Source: Tubiluchus corallicola (taxonomy: Eukaryota; Animalia; Priapulida). From it: 30,537 bases of DNA. The DNA lies in assembly GCA_030141605.1 (NCBI GenBank), contig JAQGDQ010001667.1, positions 1-30,537 on the forward strand. The letters run 5' to 3'. The notes under the pieces were generated by a model, which worked only from the letters and a program-made list of their open reading frames with translations, was not told where the DNA came from and searched no databases. Shown here piece after piece: positions 1 through 13,042 of the stretch. Within the stretch, counting starts at the first letter, position 1, and each line of letters opens with the position of its first letter. Position numbers and translations under genes: made by a program.

Positions 1-345
1 TACCCGCTTTTTCTAATTTCATAACCAAACTGGAAAATGTTACCCTTGTGTCTAAAACTTGAACACCCCGGTATGGACGCGCCCTGAACGAAATACAGAG
101 AACAGTTTACAATTGCTTTTTACGGGTTTTCACGTGTTTTGAGGATTGCAATTTTCATAAACTATACAAACAGGGAAGCTTATATAGTTGATAACACATG
201 TACGTGTCTGGTATAGCTACAAGCATTTCTACCCGGTTGTGTTTGTCTAACGAAATCAAGTCCAAACCTGCGTGTTTTGAAGTGGTGGATCTTTGTAGGT
301 GAGGTGAAGCCTTCTAGGTGGTTGGGCTTCTTTCAGCGTTCCCCT

Positions 346-858
346 GTTATGTAATGCTGTGTTATGTAATGTTGTGTTATGTAATGTAATGTAATGTTAT
401 TCTATTCTATTGTATTGTATTGTATTGTATTGTATTGTATTGTATTGTATTGTATTGTATTGTATTGTATTGTATTGTATTGTATTGTATTGTATTGTAC
501 TGTATTGTCCTATATTATATTATATTATATTATATTATATTATATTATATTATATTATATTATATTATATTATATTATATTATATTATATTATATTATAT
601 TATATTATATTATATTATATTATATTATATTATATTATATTATATTATATTATATTATATTATATTATATTATATTATATTATATTATATTATATTATAT
701 TATATTATATTATATTATATTATATTATATTATATTATATTATATTATATTATATTATATTATATTATATTATATTATATTATATTATATTATATTATAT
801 TATATTATATTATATTATATTATATTATATTATATTATATTATATTATATTATATTAC
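346..858. repeat. Compound pentanucleotide microsatellite (GTTAT/GTAAT, then ATTGT, then ATTAT)
   Basis: Directly visible. It explains the three overlapping ILYY/IVLYC ORFs. Confidence 0.98.
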
Positions 859-1023
859 TAGAAGGATTTAGTAATACGACTGTAAAAAATCATCCTGCCT
901 TCTTTTAAAAAACCTGGTTCACACGACCTACATTACCTGAAAATTTTCTACAAACAAAACTGAAATGAAACTATCCATCCACCCTGCATTATATGAAGCC
1001 TGGTTATACAGCAATCAAATTAG

Positions 1024-1571
1024 TTAAAGGAAAAGTCAAGCTTTCTAGAAAGTTAAGCTTATTTCAATGTTCGCGAAAAATGTTAGAAGGATTTAGTAAT
1101 AAAACTGCAATAAGCGCCTCGTGTAATTAGTAAAATCACTTTTCGTTTTCATTTGGACGCTCCCATTTTCAATGCCCATTCTTCTTCCAATGACGTCATG
1201 CGTCTTGAAGAAAAGTAGCGCACTGTCAATCTTCATCAAAAGTATAGTAAGTCTTTACACAAAATAGATAGCTAATTTTGTAATATTTTTACGTGAACAT
1301 TAAGTAAGCTGCAGAAGTTTGATTACTGCAGCGCGCGCTTACGGAAAGCCACGATGCGCTTACGAAAAGTCGCGAAGTCTTTCAGTTACGTCACGATTTT
1401 CAGGTGAATGGCAGCAACCACAGCGCAAGAAAATTTCTATTCAGAGGTAGGTTATTTTAAATTTATGCTTTATAGGCAGTTTTTTGCAAATTTCTTTGTT
1501 ATATTTTTCTAAGTTTAAGTGATAACAGTAAAATAAACCCAGCATACTGAGTGACTTGTTCTTTCCTTTAA
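1024..1571 (+). mobile_element. TTAA-flanked non-autonomous DNA transposon, family C (Kolobok/T2-MITE-like)
   Basis: Begins TTAA|AGGAAAAGTCAAG and ends CTTGTTCTTTCCT|TTAA, with imperfect TIRs of about 45 bp. Its left ~280 bp has a second copy in reverse at 17845-18123. A TTAA target site with RR...YY termini is characteristic of Kolobok. Confidence 0.7.
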
Positions 1572-2363
1572 CACACCACAAACAGTTTAAGTGATAACAG
1601 TAAAACAAACCCAACATACTGAGTGACTTGTCCTTTGCTTTAACACACCACAAACAGTTTAAGTGATAACAGTAAAATAAACCCAACATACTGAGTGACT
1701 TGTTCTTTCCTTTAGCACACCACAAACAGTTTAAGTGATAACAGTAAAATAAACCCAGCATACTGAGTGACTTGTTCTTTCCTTTAACACACCACAAACA
1801 GTTTAAGTGATAACAGTAAAATAAACCCAGCATACTGAGTGACTTGTTCTTTCCTTTAGCACACCACAAACAGTTTAAGTGATAACAGTAAAATAAACGC
1901 AACATACTGAGTGATTTGTTCTTTCCTTTAGCACACCACAAACAGTTTAAGTGATAACAGTAAAATAAACCCAACATACTGAGTGACTTGTCCTTTGCTT
2001 TAACACACCACAAACAGTTTAAGTGATAACAGTAAAATAAACCCAACATACTGAGTGACTTGTTCTTTCCTTTAGCACACCACAAACAGTTTAAGTGATA
2101 ACAGTAAAATAAACCCAACATACTGAGTGACTTGTTCTTTCCTTTAGCACACCACAAACAGTTTAAGTGATAACAGTAAAATAAACCCAACATACTGAGT
2201 GACTTGTTCTTTCCTTTAACACACCACAAACAGTTTAAGTGATAACAGTAAAACAAACCCAACATACTGAGTGACTTGTCCTTTGCTTTAACACACCACA
2301 AACAGTTTAACTGATAACAGTAAAATAAACGCAACATACTGAGTGACTTGTTTTTTCCTTTAA
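1512..2363. repeat. 72-bp minisatellite, about 12 copies
   Basis: Unit CAGTTTAAGTGATAACAGTAAAATAAACCCAACATACTGAGTGACTTGTTCTTTCCTTTAACACACCACAAA. It produces the 24-aa periodic ORF 1441-2373. Confidence 0.97.
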
Positions 2364-2399
2364 CTTCTAGCAAATGTAGACGCTTATTGACCTAGTGCT

Positions 2400-2495
2400 G
2401 GCACTACCCCTTTACTACTACATACATGAAGCCCACAAAGTCTTGGAAGCCAGGTGAGATTCGAACCAGGGTCTTTTGGACTCGTGCTCAATGAC
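2400..2495 (-). mobile_element. Possible tRNA-derived SINE fragment
   Basis: Pol III B-box-like GGTTCGAATCTCACC on the minus strand (about 2454-2468). No clear A box and no complete cloverleaf. Confidence 0.3.
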
Positions 2496-2757
2496 TTTTC
2501 ACATTTGTTTTCTGTCGGTGAAACATTATCAATTTAATGCCACGTATTTGTTACGACAATAATGTAATGTCTGTGTTTGACACTCGCTTTGAGAGATTTC
2601 AATCGCCTTGCTGATTCTGGCTCTTTACCGCATAGATCAGGAACACTTCTCTCAGTCTAATGATTCGTGCTAAATTCACGGCTTTTGTGATTTTTTGCTC
2701 AGACTGAGGGTACGTTGATAGTGGAGTTTGTGTCTGTAGGATGAAACAGCAAACAGC

Positions 2758-3089
2758 TTAAAGCAAATCCGGACCCAATCTTAAACTGTAGGTCAAAACA
2801 ATCTACTCTTTAAAATATTGAAAGGTGACGCTATTTTTGAAAAATGACTAATGTGAAAGAATGCATTTCAGAAACTCACTGTACAAAAACAGGTGCTGTA
2901 CCTCTCAGCTCACACCTGTTCATTTGTGACGTAATACACACATTTAAGAGCCCATGCGTGAGCACAGTGGTAAATCTGAAAATTAACTTTTTATCTTAAA
3001 GCTTGCCTAGTTTTAATACAATATATTGAATGTCTTACAGTAGCACTGTACTTTCGCTTTTGCTAACATGTGCAACACACTCATGGAAT
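2758..3089 (+). mobile_element. Family B TTAA MITE, left part with an internal deletion
   Basis: Starts TTAAAGCAAATCCGGACCC and is colinear with 26284-26720. It is truncated just before the GA tract. Confidence 0.8.
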
Positions 3090-3099
3090 GTAGGTTGAG

Positions 3100-3690
<591 letters not shown>

Positions 3691-4164
3691 ATAAAGGTGG
3701 ATATAGGGACATAAACAACATGTACCTGCGAGTGGAGATTTGATAAACAAATTGCTGGATTGGGAGACACACAGAATGACAAACAGACAGATAGATAAAT
3801 CTCTTGAAAGAATCTAGCTCGGGTCAAATCAATAAACTAAACTTTAGGCTTTCCACAAAACCCTCAAAAAAGGTAAATTGACAACAGGCGGCAAATTTCG
3901 CGCGCGTCACATGCACAAACGTTTAGTCGCATGCATGATCGCACGCGTAGCCGTATTGTTTCAAAAGCAATTACTTGTTTCACGGCTTAAACTTTGATCT
4001 CTTCGACAAAGATTATTCCAGTCAGAGCACAAATTAGACGCCTGAATGAATTTTAATATGAAATTTTCGGTTATAATAACGTAAATTATGCATGTAAATG
4101 TGAGACGAACGCAAGGAAGACTCCAGATATTTTCAACTAGAGGTGATAATCCTACAAAATGACT

Positions 4165-4520
4165 TTAAAGGACATTTTTCATATACTACCCCATCTCCGA
4201 TAAAAAGTATACATTTTGATACAATTAATGCTGCAAAAGCGTTTCCGATAATGAAATAATAGATTAAAAACCTAAGGAACGGCAGGCGGGCCCAACTGTT
4301 GTTAACATCACAAACTAACATAATTTTCAACTGCATAAATATTCCATGAGTGTGTTGCACGTGTTTGTGAAAGCGAAAATTGAAGTACAGTGCTACTGTA
4401 AGATATTCAGTGTGTTGTACTAAAATTAGGCAAGAGTAAAATTCAAATTTCAAATTTACCTCTGTGCCCAGGGATGAACTGTCGAACGTGTGTAGTTCGT
4501 CACAAACGAACACATCTGAA
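4165..4520 (-). mobile_element. Family B TTAA MITE, right part, reverse orientation
   Basis: Reverse-complement match to about 26535-26900 (e.g. GCACTGTACTTCAATTTTCGCTTTC, TGTTAGTTTGTGATG). Begins TTAAAGG on the + strand. Confidence 0.8.
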
Positions 4521-5271
4521 TTTACGATAAAAATTCACGCATCTTCTAAAGCTCGCACTACGTCTGCACTTGCAAGATTTGGCAATGCATTCAATGCAGC
4601 TAACTAACGCCGGTAGTATTCAGGTAAATTTTCCAGTTTCTGGACAAGTGATTACACGTAAACTGCAACATGTATTGATTTGACCAAGGCGTACAAAAAT
4701 TAAGTTTAACGATAAGCACAACATCACTGAGATGTAATCTCATCAATGTAACCGCATCGGGTGATCTTCTTGTAACTAAAGAATTATCGCGCAACTGCAT
4801 TGAAATGATCTAGACTCGCGTGAATTTATATGCACATGTGAACAAAACCTAAACGTTGACGTAAAAGTGTGAATAAGGTCTAACTTTTTATGAAATATAT
4901 AGGCGCAACGAAGACCTGACATTGTTAGAAATAGTGTAACTATGAACAGAATATAGTGTGAAATATGTAAGTGTGGACAAACCCTAAACGCTTGTAATAA
5001 TTGTAAATGTGAACTGAACTTAACTTTGGCGTAAAATCCGTAAACGGTGAATAAAACGAAGAAAATAAAGTTATCTTTACAGCGCCTGGCAACTTGTAAA
5101 ACGTTTAAATGTGAATTATACTTCGCAGTCTTGTAGAATGTGCAAATGTGAACAGAGCATAAGGTACAGTTATACATCGTAGAAATTATGAAAAATGTGA
5201 ACACGGTCTAACCTTTTTGTCAAACACTGAAATGACAAGCAACTGTTTTTGCAAATTATTCTTTATTAAAC

Positions 5272-5448
5272 GTCGTCGTCGTCGTCGTCATCATCATCAT
5301 CATCATCATCATACGCCCGTCACGTCTATTGTAGACATTGGGCAGGCAGAATTCTAAAATAAAACAAATCTGCCTTCAGACAGGTAAGCAGTAATCTAGC
5401 CCAAAAACTAGACACTCCTACGCCAGTGGCTTGTCAGCACCACTTCCG
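5272..5448 (-). mobile_element. Retroposon (SINE/LINE) 3' end with (GAT)n tail
   Basis: Its reverse complement aligns with 13394-13560 (CGGAAGwGGTGCTGACAAGCCACT...CAATAGAC...ATGATGATG). Both copies end in a GAT-repeat tail. Confidence 0.6.
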
Positions 5449-5969
5449 TTTATTAAACGCTAATGCGACTAAGATCTATTACACGCAGTCTAGTGATTCT
5501 TTCTCAGCCCATTATGTCTAAATAAAACAATAAAGATACTTGCAATAGGAAGTTAATTACACTGTACTTGTAAAGCGTTCGACTAGACCGTTTGTAAGCA
5601 AACAAAGAGCTGGTATGCATGGTATGCAAAAAATTCAATTACCTGGTAACCATCTTACTATACTGTATTATACAGTACATTAATCTTGCGCTTTTAATAT
5701 CTTTTCTCGGTGGAATTTAATATTCGCCGGGCGCGTGCTGCATTTTTAGCAATTTCACTGTGACAGAAACGCATTCTTAGCTTTTGCACAATGACAAACG
5801 AGTGTTTTAATTTATTGCTGTGTCCGTGTGATGAAAATGTAGAAAGATTATTTGATTTTTTGTGCATTCACACAAAGACACATTGCTTACAATGGCTTGG
5901 ACAACAGACAAGTTTAGCCGTAGCGTGATTCTGGTACGTATAAATATAATATATATATAAATAAGCGTT

Positions 5970-6345
5970 GTATATATATATATAATAATCTTTATTTGCC
6001 ATTAAAATACATTGATAATCACTGATAAAAACTTTACAGAGATGATCAATCAGTGTTAGTTAATAAAAACTTACACTGCTAAAGGCAAATGCGTCAGTGC
6101 AATCTAAACTACTGTGCAGTAATGGAAAGTAACGACGAATAAAATCAAACGTATTTACAACTATGCACAAAAAATGAAAAAACTATGATTTAATTAATAT
6201 GGCTGTGGATATATGAATTCTGAATTAGTGTGTATGTTGTCGTACTGGTGTGATGATATTTCATATCTGGTTAATATTAGTGATTTTAATTTTGTTTTAA
6301 ATGCTAATAGGGACTTGATTTGTTTAACCTGTAATGGTAGAGAAA
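5970..6345 (-). pseudogene. 5'-truncated LINE (L2/Crack/CR1-like): ORF2 C-terminus, 3'UTR and (TA)n tail
   Basis: SLPLQVKQIKSLLAFKTKLKSLILTRY matches the LPxxIKxxxSLxxFKxKLK ORF2 terminal motif. The 3'UTR ends ...TTTTAATGGCAAATAAAGATT(AT)n, related to the ends at about 8610 and 15915. Confidence 0.7.
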
Positions 6346-6357
6346 TAAAAGCGATTT

Positions 6358-6468
6358 TTAAAAAATAGCTGGACAATTGTGTAAACATTAGTTCAAAGAA
6401 TGCTCTAAAATATTGAAACTACAGCAGCTTATTTTAAATCAAAGTTTAGATTAAATAATAATTACCTG
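6358..6468 (-). mobile_element. Family A MITE right-end fragment, reversed
   Basis: Reverse-complement match to 15335-15440 and 28626-28730. Confidence 0.75.
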
Positions 6469-6477
6469 GGATAGTCA

Positions 6478-6924
6478 AAGTCAGACGGGCACTAGCGCTT
6501 GCATTTCGGAAGGCATTGCACAAAAAACAGGTGCTGTACCTCTCAGTTCAGATGTGTTAGTTTGTGACGAACTACACACGTTTGACAGCTCATACGTGAG
6601 CACAGCAGTAAATTTGAAATTCGAAATTTTATCTTAAAACTTGCCGAGTTTCACTGCAATACCCTGAATACCTTATAGCAGCACTGTACTTCAAATTTCG
6701 CTTTCATAAACACGTGCAACACGCTCGTGGAATATTTTTGATGTTGAAAATTATGTTAGTTTGTGATGTCAGTAATAGTTGAGCTCGCCCGCCGTTAATT
6801 AAATTTTTAATCTATTATTTAATTATCAGAAACACTTTTGCGGTATTAATTGTGTTAAAATGTATGCTTTTTATCGGACTTGAAAATTGGCTAGTATATG
6901 AAAAATCATGCTGTCTTCCTTTAA
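6478..6924 (+). mobile_element. Family B TTAA MITE, right two-thirds
   Basis: Colinear with 26463-26910 and ends CTGTCTTCCT|TTAA. Confidence 0.85.
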
Positions 6925-7057
6925 TCCACAATCTTTCATTCTAAAACTTTTGTAATTTAGTTTGGGTTGTTGTAGTTGGTCCTGGTGCTGATGGTAGTGA
7001 CTTGGTCACAGTTGGTGACCATGTGTGACATCATAGTGGTAATGTTTTCAACATTCA

Positions 7058-7365
7058 TGTAATCATCATCATTATTATTATCGTCACCGCCATCATCCTC
7101 ATCATCATTATCATCATCGTCATCGCCATCATCATCATTATCATCATCATCATTATAATTATTGTCACCGCCATCATAATCATCATCATTATCATTATTG
7201 TCACCGCCATCATCATCATCACCATCATCGCCATCATCATCATCATCATCATTATCGTCATCGCCATCATCATCATTATCATCATCATCATCACCATCAC
7301 CATCATCATCATCATCATCATCGTTATCATCATTGTCACCGCCATCATCATCATCAATATCGTCA
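7058..7365. repeat. Degenerate (ATC)n microsatellite
   Basis: Directly visible. It is the source of the poly-D, poly-M and poly-S ORFs. Confidence 0.95.
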
Positions 7366-7776
7366 CCGTCTTCCTTTAAACTTAATTCTCTAGCTTTCAA
7401 TGGTCAACATCAGTAAGCGTTGTTTATATACTACTACCAATATTATGGTGGATGATTATAGCTATTAATAATGTATACAATAAACTAGTGGTGATTTAGT
7501 TTCACACCTTGTGTAGCTATCAAGTTTCACGTGCAAATATTTGTGGCGGTCACACCGTATACCGAATCTCCAAGCCGATAGTTTATTTTTCCGTATCCGC
7601 TTTGCCAATGTCTATAGAAATTGTTATGATTTTCGTCGTTTGTCCAGTATTATTATAACAGGTATATTGTTTATGCATTCAGTGGCTAAACATGTTGGCA
7701 TTTGAGCAGTTCGTCTTTGTTTACATCCCGGTAGAAACTAGAAACTATCACGTGACACGGTGGCAGCAAATAGGTT

Positions 7777-7990
7777 TTAAAGGAAAAGCGGACGATTTGC
7801 TAGACTCAATCTCATTTTGGTTTACTGTTTACTGTCCAATATATATATTTTGTTGCCTATAAAAGTTAACAATTGTTCCTTATATTTGAATAATTAGCTT
7901 AGAAAGTTAATTAACTGTAACCGAACACCACAGTTTGTGCAATAGCAGACATCTTCTCTTGCGCGTCAAGTATGTTTCCGTAAGTGTTAC
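7777..7990 (+). mobile_element. Family A TTAA MITE, left part
   Basis: Starts TTAAAGGAAAAGCGGACGATT and is colinear with the starts of the copies at 14949 and 28190. Confidence 0.8.
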
Positions 7991-8084
7991 TGTTGTTTCA
8001 AAAAATAATAAGCATCAAATAAATTATGTTGCTCCATACTAAGCATGAACAATTGGTTCAAGAAATAATAAGCATCAAATAAAC

Positions 8085-8626
8085 GAGTAGATATCTTGCT
8101 CCTTCATTCCCTAACAATGTTATCTAATTTACATTTAAAGTGAGACAATTTCTGTGTGGGTATTATTGTTCTTATGCATCCCCCCCGCCCCTGACTGCAT
8201 AAACATGTACCCCCCTGACTCCATAAACCGATTAAGAATGTTAATTATGTAATGTAATACGTGTTGTGTTAGTTTTTAATGTCAAATGTACAAATAGTGT
8301 AAATGTAATGAGTGAAATTTATGTAATGTAAAGCATGTTTCTGTTAATTGTGTCATGTTAAATGTATATATAGTGTAAAATATGTCAAGTAAAATTTAAT
8401 GTACTTTTGTAATATTGTTATGTAAAAATATTTTAATATGGTGTTTGTAAATATGTCCATTTATTGTATATAATTAGGCCTTAGATTTGCACTTTAGTTT
8501 TTTTTAGTCTGCACTGGACGCATTTGTCTTGAACAGTGTTGTTATTTTAACATTACGCTGAGGCTTACTCAATTTTATTATAATGAGTGAACCATTTTAA
8601 TGACAAATAAAGAATTAATAAAAAAA
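8085..8626 (+). mobile_element. LINE 3' fragment (possible ORF2 end and AT-rich 3'UTR)
   Basis: 8210-8616 closely matches 15510-15919 and ends GACAAATAAAGAATT followed by an A/TA tail. A weak ORF2-end-like FTFKVRQFLCGYY lies upstream. Confidence 0.6.
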
Positions 8627-8636
8627 CGTACTTATC

Positions 8637-8816
8637 TTATCCTAACTTTTGTAATGCCTTTGAGTTAGGAACTAAAATTGTTAAATCGTCAGCGTAGATG
8701 ATTGAACCAGTGTTGCCACTGTAGCAGTCATAGACGTACTCCCGAAATCTTACCAGGAGACCATCTAAATTTACCCAGGAAAGGTTGGGTGAAAGAACAG
8801 CACCTTGCGGCACACG
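8637..8816 (-). pseudogene. Non-LTR retrotransposon reverse transcriptase remnant (RTE-X-like)
   Basis: One frame reads VPQGAVLSPNLSWVNLDGLLVRFREYVYDCYSGNTGSIIYADDLTILVPNSKALQKLG*, containing the RT motif PQGxxLSP and the catalytic YADD. Confidence 0.9.
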
Positions 8817-9408
8817 AAATATAATAATATTATCTGTATTGGGTACATAGGCGTTTTTTATTTTAATTTATTTTTCAATTACTGGCACAGTGTTGCCACC
8901 TGTTTGTTTATTTAGGTGGTATTTAGCCTAATACAGTAGTCATTCTTTTAATATTGAAGCACCTCAATATCCCTCAATATATTAGCCCTTTCGCCACTTG
9001 CTAATTTGGCCTTTGGCCATTTTGAGCTGTAGCTGTAGTTGTATGACATTTTTTCCTGTCTTTGGATCACGCCACGATAGCTCTGTTTCGTTAGAAATTA
9101 TGATTGTCAATTTCTTATGAATTTATTGCTGTGACATTGCCGTTCATAAAGGCTACTTGAAGTCCCCAATTCTGTCTTGTAACAGTTAAAGGCTCTGACA
9201 ACGTAAGTTATTATTAATTAATGCAATATAATCTATATAATTTTTTATATCAGTTCTTGGTTATAGTCATACCTTTAATCGTGCAATGAACTCTCTTCTA
9301 CTCAATGCAAATTAAACTAAATGTTAATAGTTGTATTTCAGAATAAAGAAACTTTTGGTCAGCACGTTAAACTGTATAGTAGTATCTGTATTAGAATTGT
9401 TACTGAAA

Positions 9409-9640
9409 CTGCAACTGAATTGGTAACCATCTCATATACGCAGATGAATAAGTTTTAATGGTTAGCTACATTCTAGTATAAAACACAGTTCTCTGATTCG
9501 AAGTAACGGATGCTGTATTATCACAGCTGCAACTGAAATGGTTACCATCTCATATACGCAGATGAATAAGTTTTAATGGTTAGCTACATTCTAGTAGAAA
9601 ACACAGTTCTCTGATTCGAAGTAAGGGATGCAGTATTATT
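9409..9640. repeat. About 118-bp tandem duplication, with diverged copies at about 10050-10250
   Basis: The unit ...CCATCTCATATACGCAGATGAATAAGTTTTAATGGTTAGCTACATTCTAGTA... occurs twice, and related blocks occur near 10065 and 10208. Confidence 0.85.
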
Positions 9641-10914
9641 GTTGCAGGTACAAATGTTTTGGTCCACTACCCCTTCCCAAGGTAGTATATGCATTAGAAG
9701 CCACAATATATTAGACTGTAGCTCAACAAGCTAGACTACTTTTTCTACCCTGACATTGTATAGGTGGAACTTGTTATGTACACACGTCTTTGTTACATTT
9801 AAAATTTGACTTATAATTATACTGCTGCCTTTTACTGACAATCTGGCTTTTTCTCGACTCAATATTGGACCAACAATGTATGTATGCATTTTAACTTTTT
9901 AGTGTAACGTAGTAATCTGTAGCACCTATTTCAGTAGTTTTGTAGAGGTAATAATTGTAGACTACAGAAAATTTGTATTTTTGCAGAATAAACTAACATA
10001 GATATGGTAACGCAACTTTGGTTTGAGCGTATACATTACAATTATCATAGCTGCAGTTAAAATGGTAACTATCTCACGTATGCAGATGAATATGTTCTAA
10101 TATTAAATAATATAATAGTATTAGCACTGTTCCTGTCTGAGAGCTACATTCTAGTAGAATTCACAGTACTCTGGAAAGTGGCAGATGCAGTGTTATTATA
10201 GCTGAAACGGTAACCATCTCATGTATGCAGATGAATAAGTTCTAATGGTTATTTGTGACGCAGCGTATAAAGGCAAGTGTGCACAGCATGAAGCAACATC
10301 TGAACCTTGTTAACTTGAAGCCGCTAGTGATCTTGCTTTACAAACAAAACACAAAACATGGAACAATTAACATGGAAACCAAGCGACATACTAACAGGCT
10401 CGTTATATTGGCATAACTTTTCAATTTACTATGGTTTGTATAACACGGCTAGAGGTGCACGCTCACAAGGCGTACGGGAGTTTTTCCCGTGTAAACCGTG
10501 TAAATACGGTGTAAAATTACCACCAGGAGATACCCGGGGAAGAATTACAGTTTCCTGTGAGCCAAGAAGCCGCCCGGCGCGGCGTCTTTGCGAGTGAAAC
10601 TTGAAGTGAAACATCAACAAAGTTTCTTAGTGTGTCGGGTTACATTAACGATTATCGATTTTTTACCATTTCCCGTCTTAAATGGTTTAATTTTGTAATT
10701 TCACTTCTGTTACGTTTAAGTTTGTATTAAAAATTATTAATCAGTAAAATTTGTTGTAAAACATTATACAAAATGAATGAAATAAATAATTAAAGCTGAA
10801 CTTGGCATATCTGCTGGTAATAAAATTATTGAAATAAATAGTTAAATCTATGGTAATAAAATAATAAAATCTAAATTATAAACAGTGACACGTTGAATTT
10901 GTCACTTTTATAAG

Positions 10915-11450
10915 TGACAATGAAGTCAAGTTTGTCACCAGTTGAAAATGAACTCAAGTTTGTCACATTTGACAGTATAAAGTCAAGTTTGTAACACTTG
11001 GCAATGAAGTAAAGTCTGTCACCAGTTGAAAATGAACTCAATTTGTCACATTTGACTGTATAAAGTCAAGTTTGTTACACTTGGCAATGAAGTAAAGTCT
11101 CTCACCAGTTGAAAATGAACTCAAGTTTGTCACATTTGACTGTGTAAAGTCAAGTTTATTACACTTGGCAATGAAGTAAAGTCTGTCACCAGTTGGAAAT
11201 GAACTCAAGTTTGTCACATTTGACAGCGTAAAGTCAAGTTTGTTACACTTGGCAATGAAGTCAAGTCTGTCACCAGTTGAAAATAAACTCAAGTTTGTCA
11301 CATTTCACGGTATAAAGTCAAGTTTGTTACACTTGGCAATGAAGTAAAGTCTGTCACCAGTTGAAAATGAACTCAAGTTTGTGACATTTCACAGTATAAA
11401 GTCAAGTTTGTTACACTTGGCAATGAAGTAAAGTCTGTCACCAGTTGAAG
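10915..11450. repeat. 84-bp minisatellite, about 6.3 copies (trimer of ~28-bp subunits)
   Basis: AACTC anchors at 10951, 11035, 11118 and 11202. Each unit holds three AAGTCAAGTTTGTCAC-like cores. Confidence 0.95.
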
Positions 11451-11674
11451 TTGTCAATTGAAAAAAAATGAAAAATTGTCACCACTTAACACTGAAGCCA
11501 AACTTGTCTGCGACTGACAACAAAATCAACTTCGACACCAGCTGACAATGGTGTCAAATTTGCAAACTGCTTAAAAACGATAAAAAATCTTTTATCAGTT
11601 AGCAAAAATGACAAACTTATCACTAAGTGATAACTGGTGATTATAATGGCAAATTTCTCAATCTTTAACACTGG

Positions 11675-12755
11675 TGATAATTTTGTCAACCATTAACAAT
11701 GAGACAAGTTTTTGATTGACGCTGATGACAATTTTGTCAACCATTAACAATGAGACAAGTTTATGGTTGGCAATAATGATAATTTTGTCAACCATTAACA
11801 ATGAGACAAGTTTATGGTTGGCAATAATGATAATTTTGTCAACCATTAACAATGAGACAAGTTTATCGTTGGCAATAATGATAATTTTGTCAACCATTAA
11901 CAATGAGACAAGTTTATCGTTGGCAATAATGATAATTTTGTCAAACATTAACAATGAGACAAGTTTATCGTTGGCAATAATGATAATTTTGTCAACCATT
12001 AACAATGAGACAAGTTTATGGTTGGCAATAATGATAATTTTGTCAAACATTAACAATGAGACAAGTTTATGGTTGGCATTAATGATAATTTTGTCAACAA
12101 TTAACAATGAGACAAGTTTATCGTTGGCAATAATGATAATTTTGTCAAACATTAACAATGAGACAAGTTTATGGTTGGCAATAATGACAATTTTGTCAAC
12201 CATTAACAATGAGACAAGTTTATGGTTGGCAATAATGATAATTTTGTCAACCATTAACAATGAGACAAGTTTATCGTTGGCAATAATGATAATTTTGTCA
12301 ACCATTAACAATGAGACAAGTTTATGGTTGGCAATAATGATAATTTTGTCAACCATTAACAATGAGACAAGTTTATCGTTGGCAATAATGATAATTTTGT
12401 CAACCATTAACAATGAGACAAGTTTATCGTTGGCAATAATGATAATTTTGTCAAACATTAACAATGAGACAAGTTTATCGTTGGCAATAATGATAATTTT
12501 GTCAACCATTAACAATGAGACAAGTTTATGGTTGGCAATAATGATAATTTTGTCAAACATTAACAATGAGACAAGTTTATGGTTGGCATTAATGATAATT
12601 TTGTCAACCAATAACAATGAGACAAGTTTATCGTTGACACTGATGCCAATTTTCTCAACTACTAACAATGAGACAAGTTTATCGTTGACACTGATGACAA
12701 TATTGTCAACCATTAACAACAAGACATCTTTGTGGTTGGCAATAATGACAAGTTT
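11675..12755. repeat. 51-bp minisatellite, about 21 copies
   Basis: Unit GATAATTTTGTCAACCATTAACAATGAGACAAGTTTATGGTTGGCAATAAT. It produces 17-aa periodic ORFs on both strands. Confidence 0.97.
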
Positions 12756-12900
12756 GTCACCAGCAGCAAAAACAAAGACTTATCCTTGTGCACCTGCCAT
12801 GAAAACTTTTTATTAATAACTAAAATTAATTTTTTAACGCTTCATTATTAAAACAAACAAATAATCTCTTAATATTATTAAGTCTTAATATAACAATAAC

Positions 12901-13042
<142 letters not shown>

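Noticed and set aside
1441-2373. 310-aa Cys/His-rich ORF resembling zinc fingers
   Set aside because: It is the translation of the 72-bp array, whose unit is explained as a MITE terminus. The spacing does not fit C2H2 fingers.
6957-7400. Asp-rich 147-aa ORF (acidic biomineralisation-like protein)
   Set aside because: It is a GAT microsatellite. Its paralogous copy at 13531-13650 is the tail of a retroposon, and there is no signal peptide.
10358-10620. 79-aa and 63-aa ORFs in a GC-richer patch
   Set aside because: No recognisable motif or convincing splice-site pair. Short internal repeats (CCGTGTAAA twice, CGGTGTAAA) suggest a transposon fragment.
11658-12816. 354-aa and 366-aa ORFs on opposite strands
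   Set aside because: They arise from a stop-free 51-bp unit (a multiple of 3). There are no supporting splice sites or recognisable domain.
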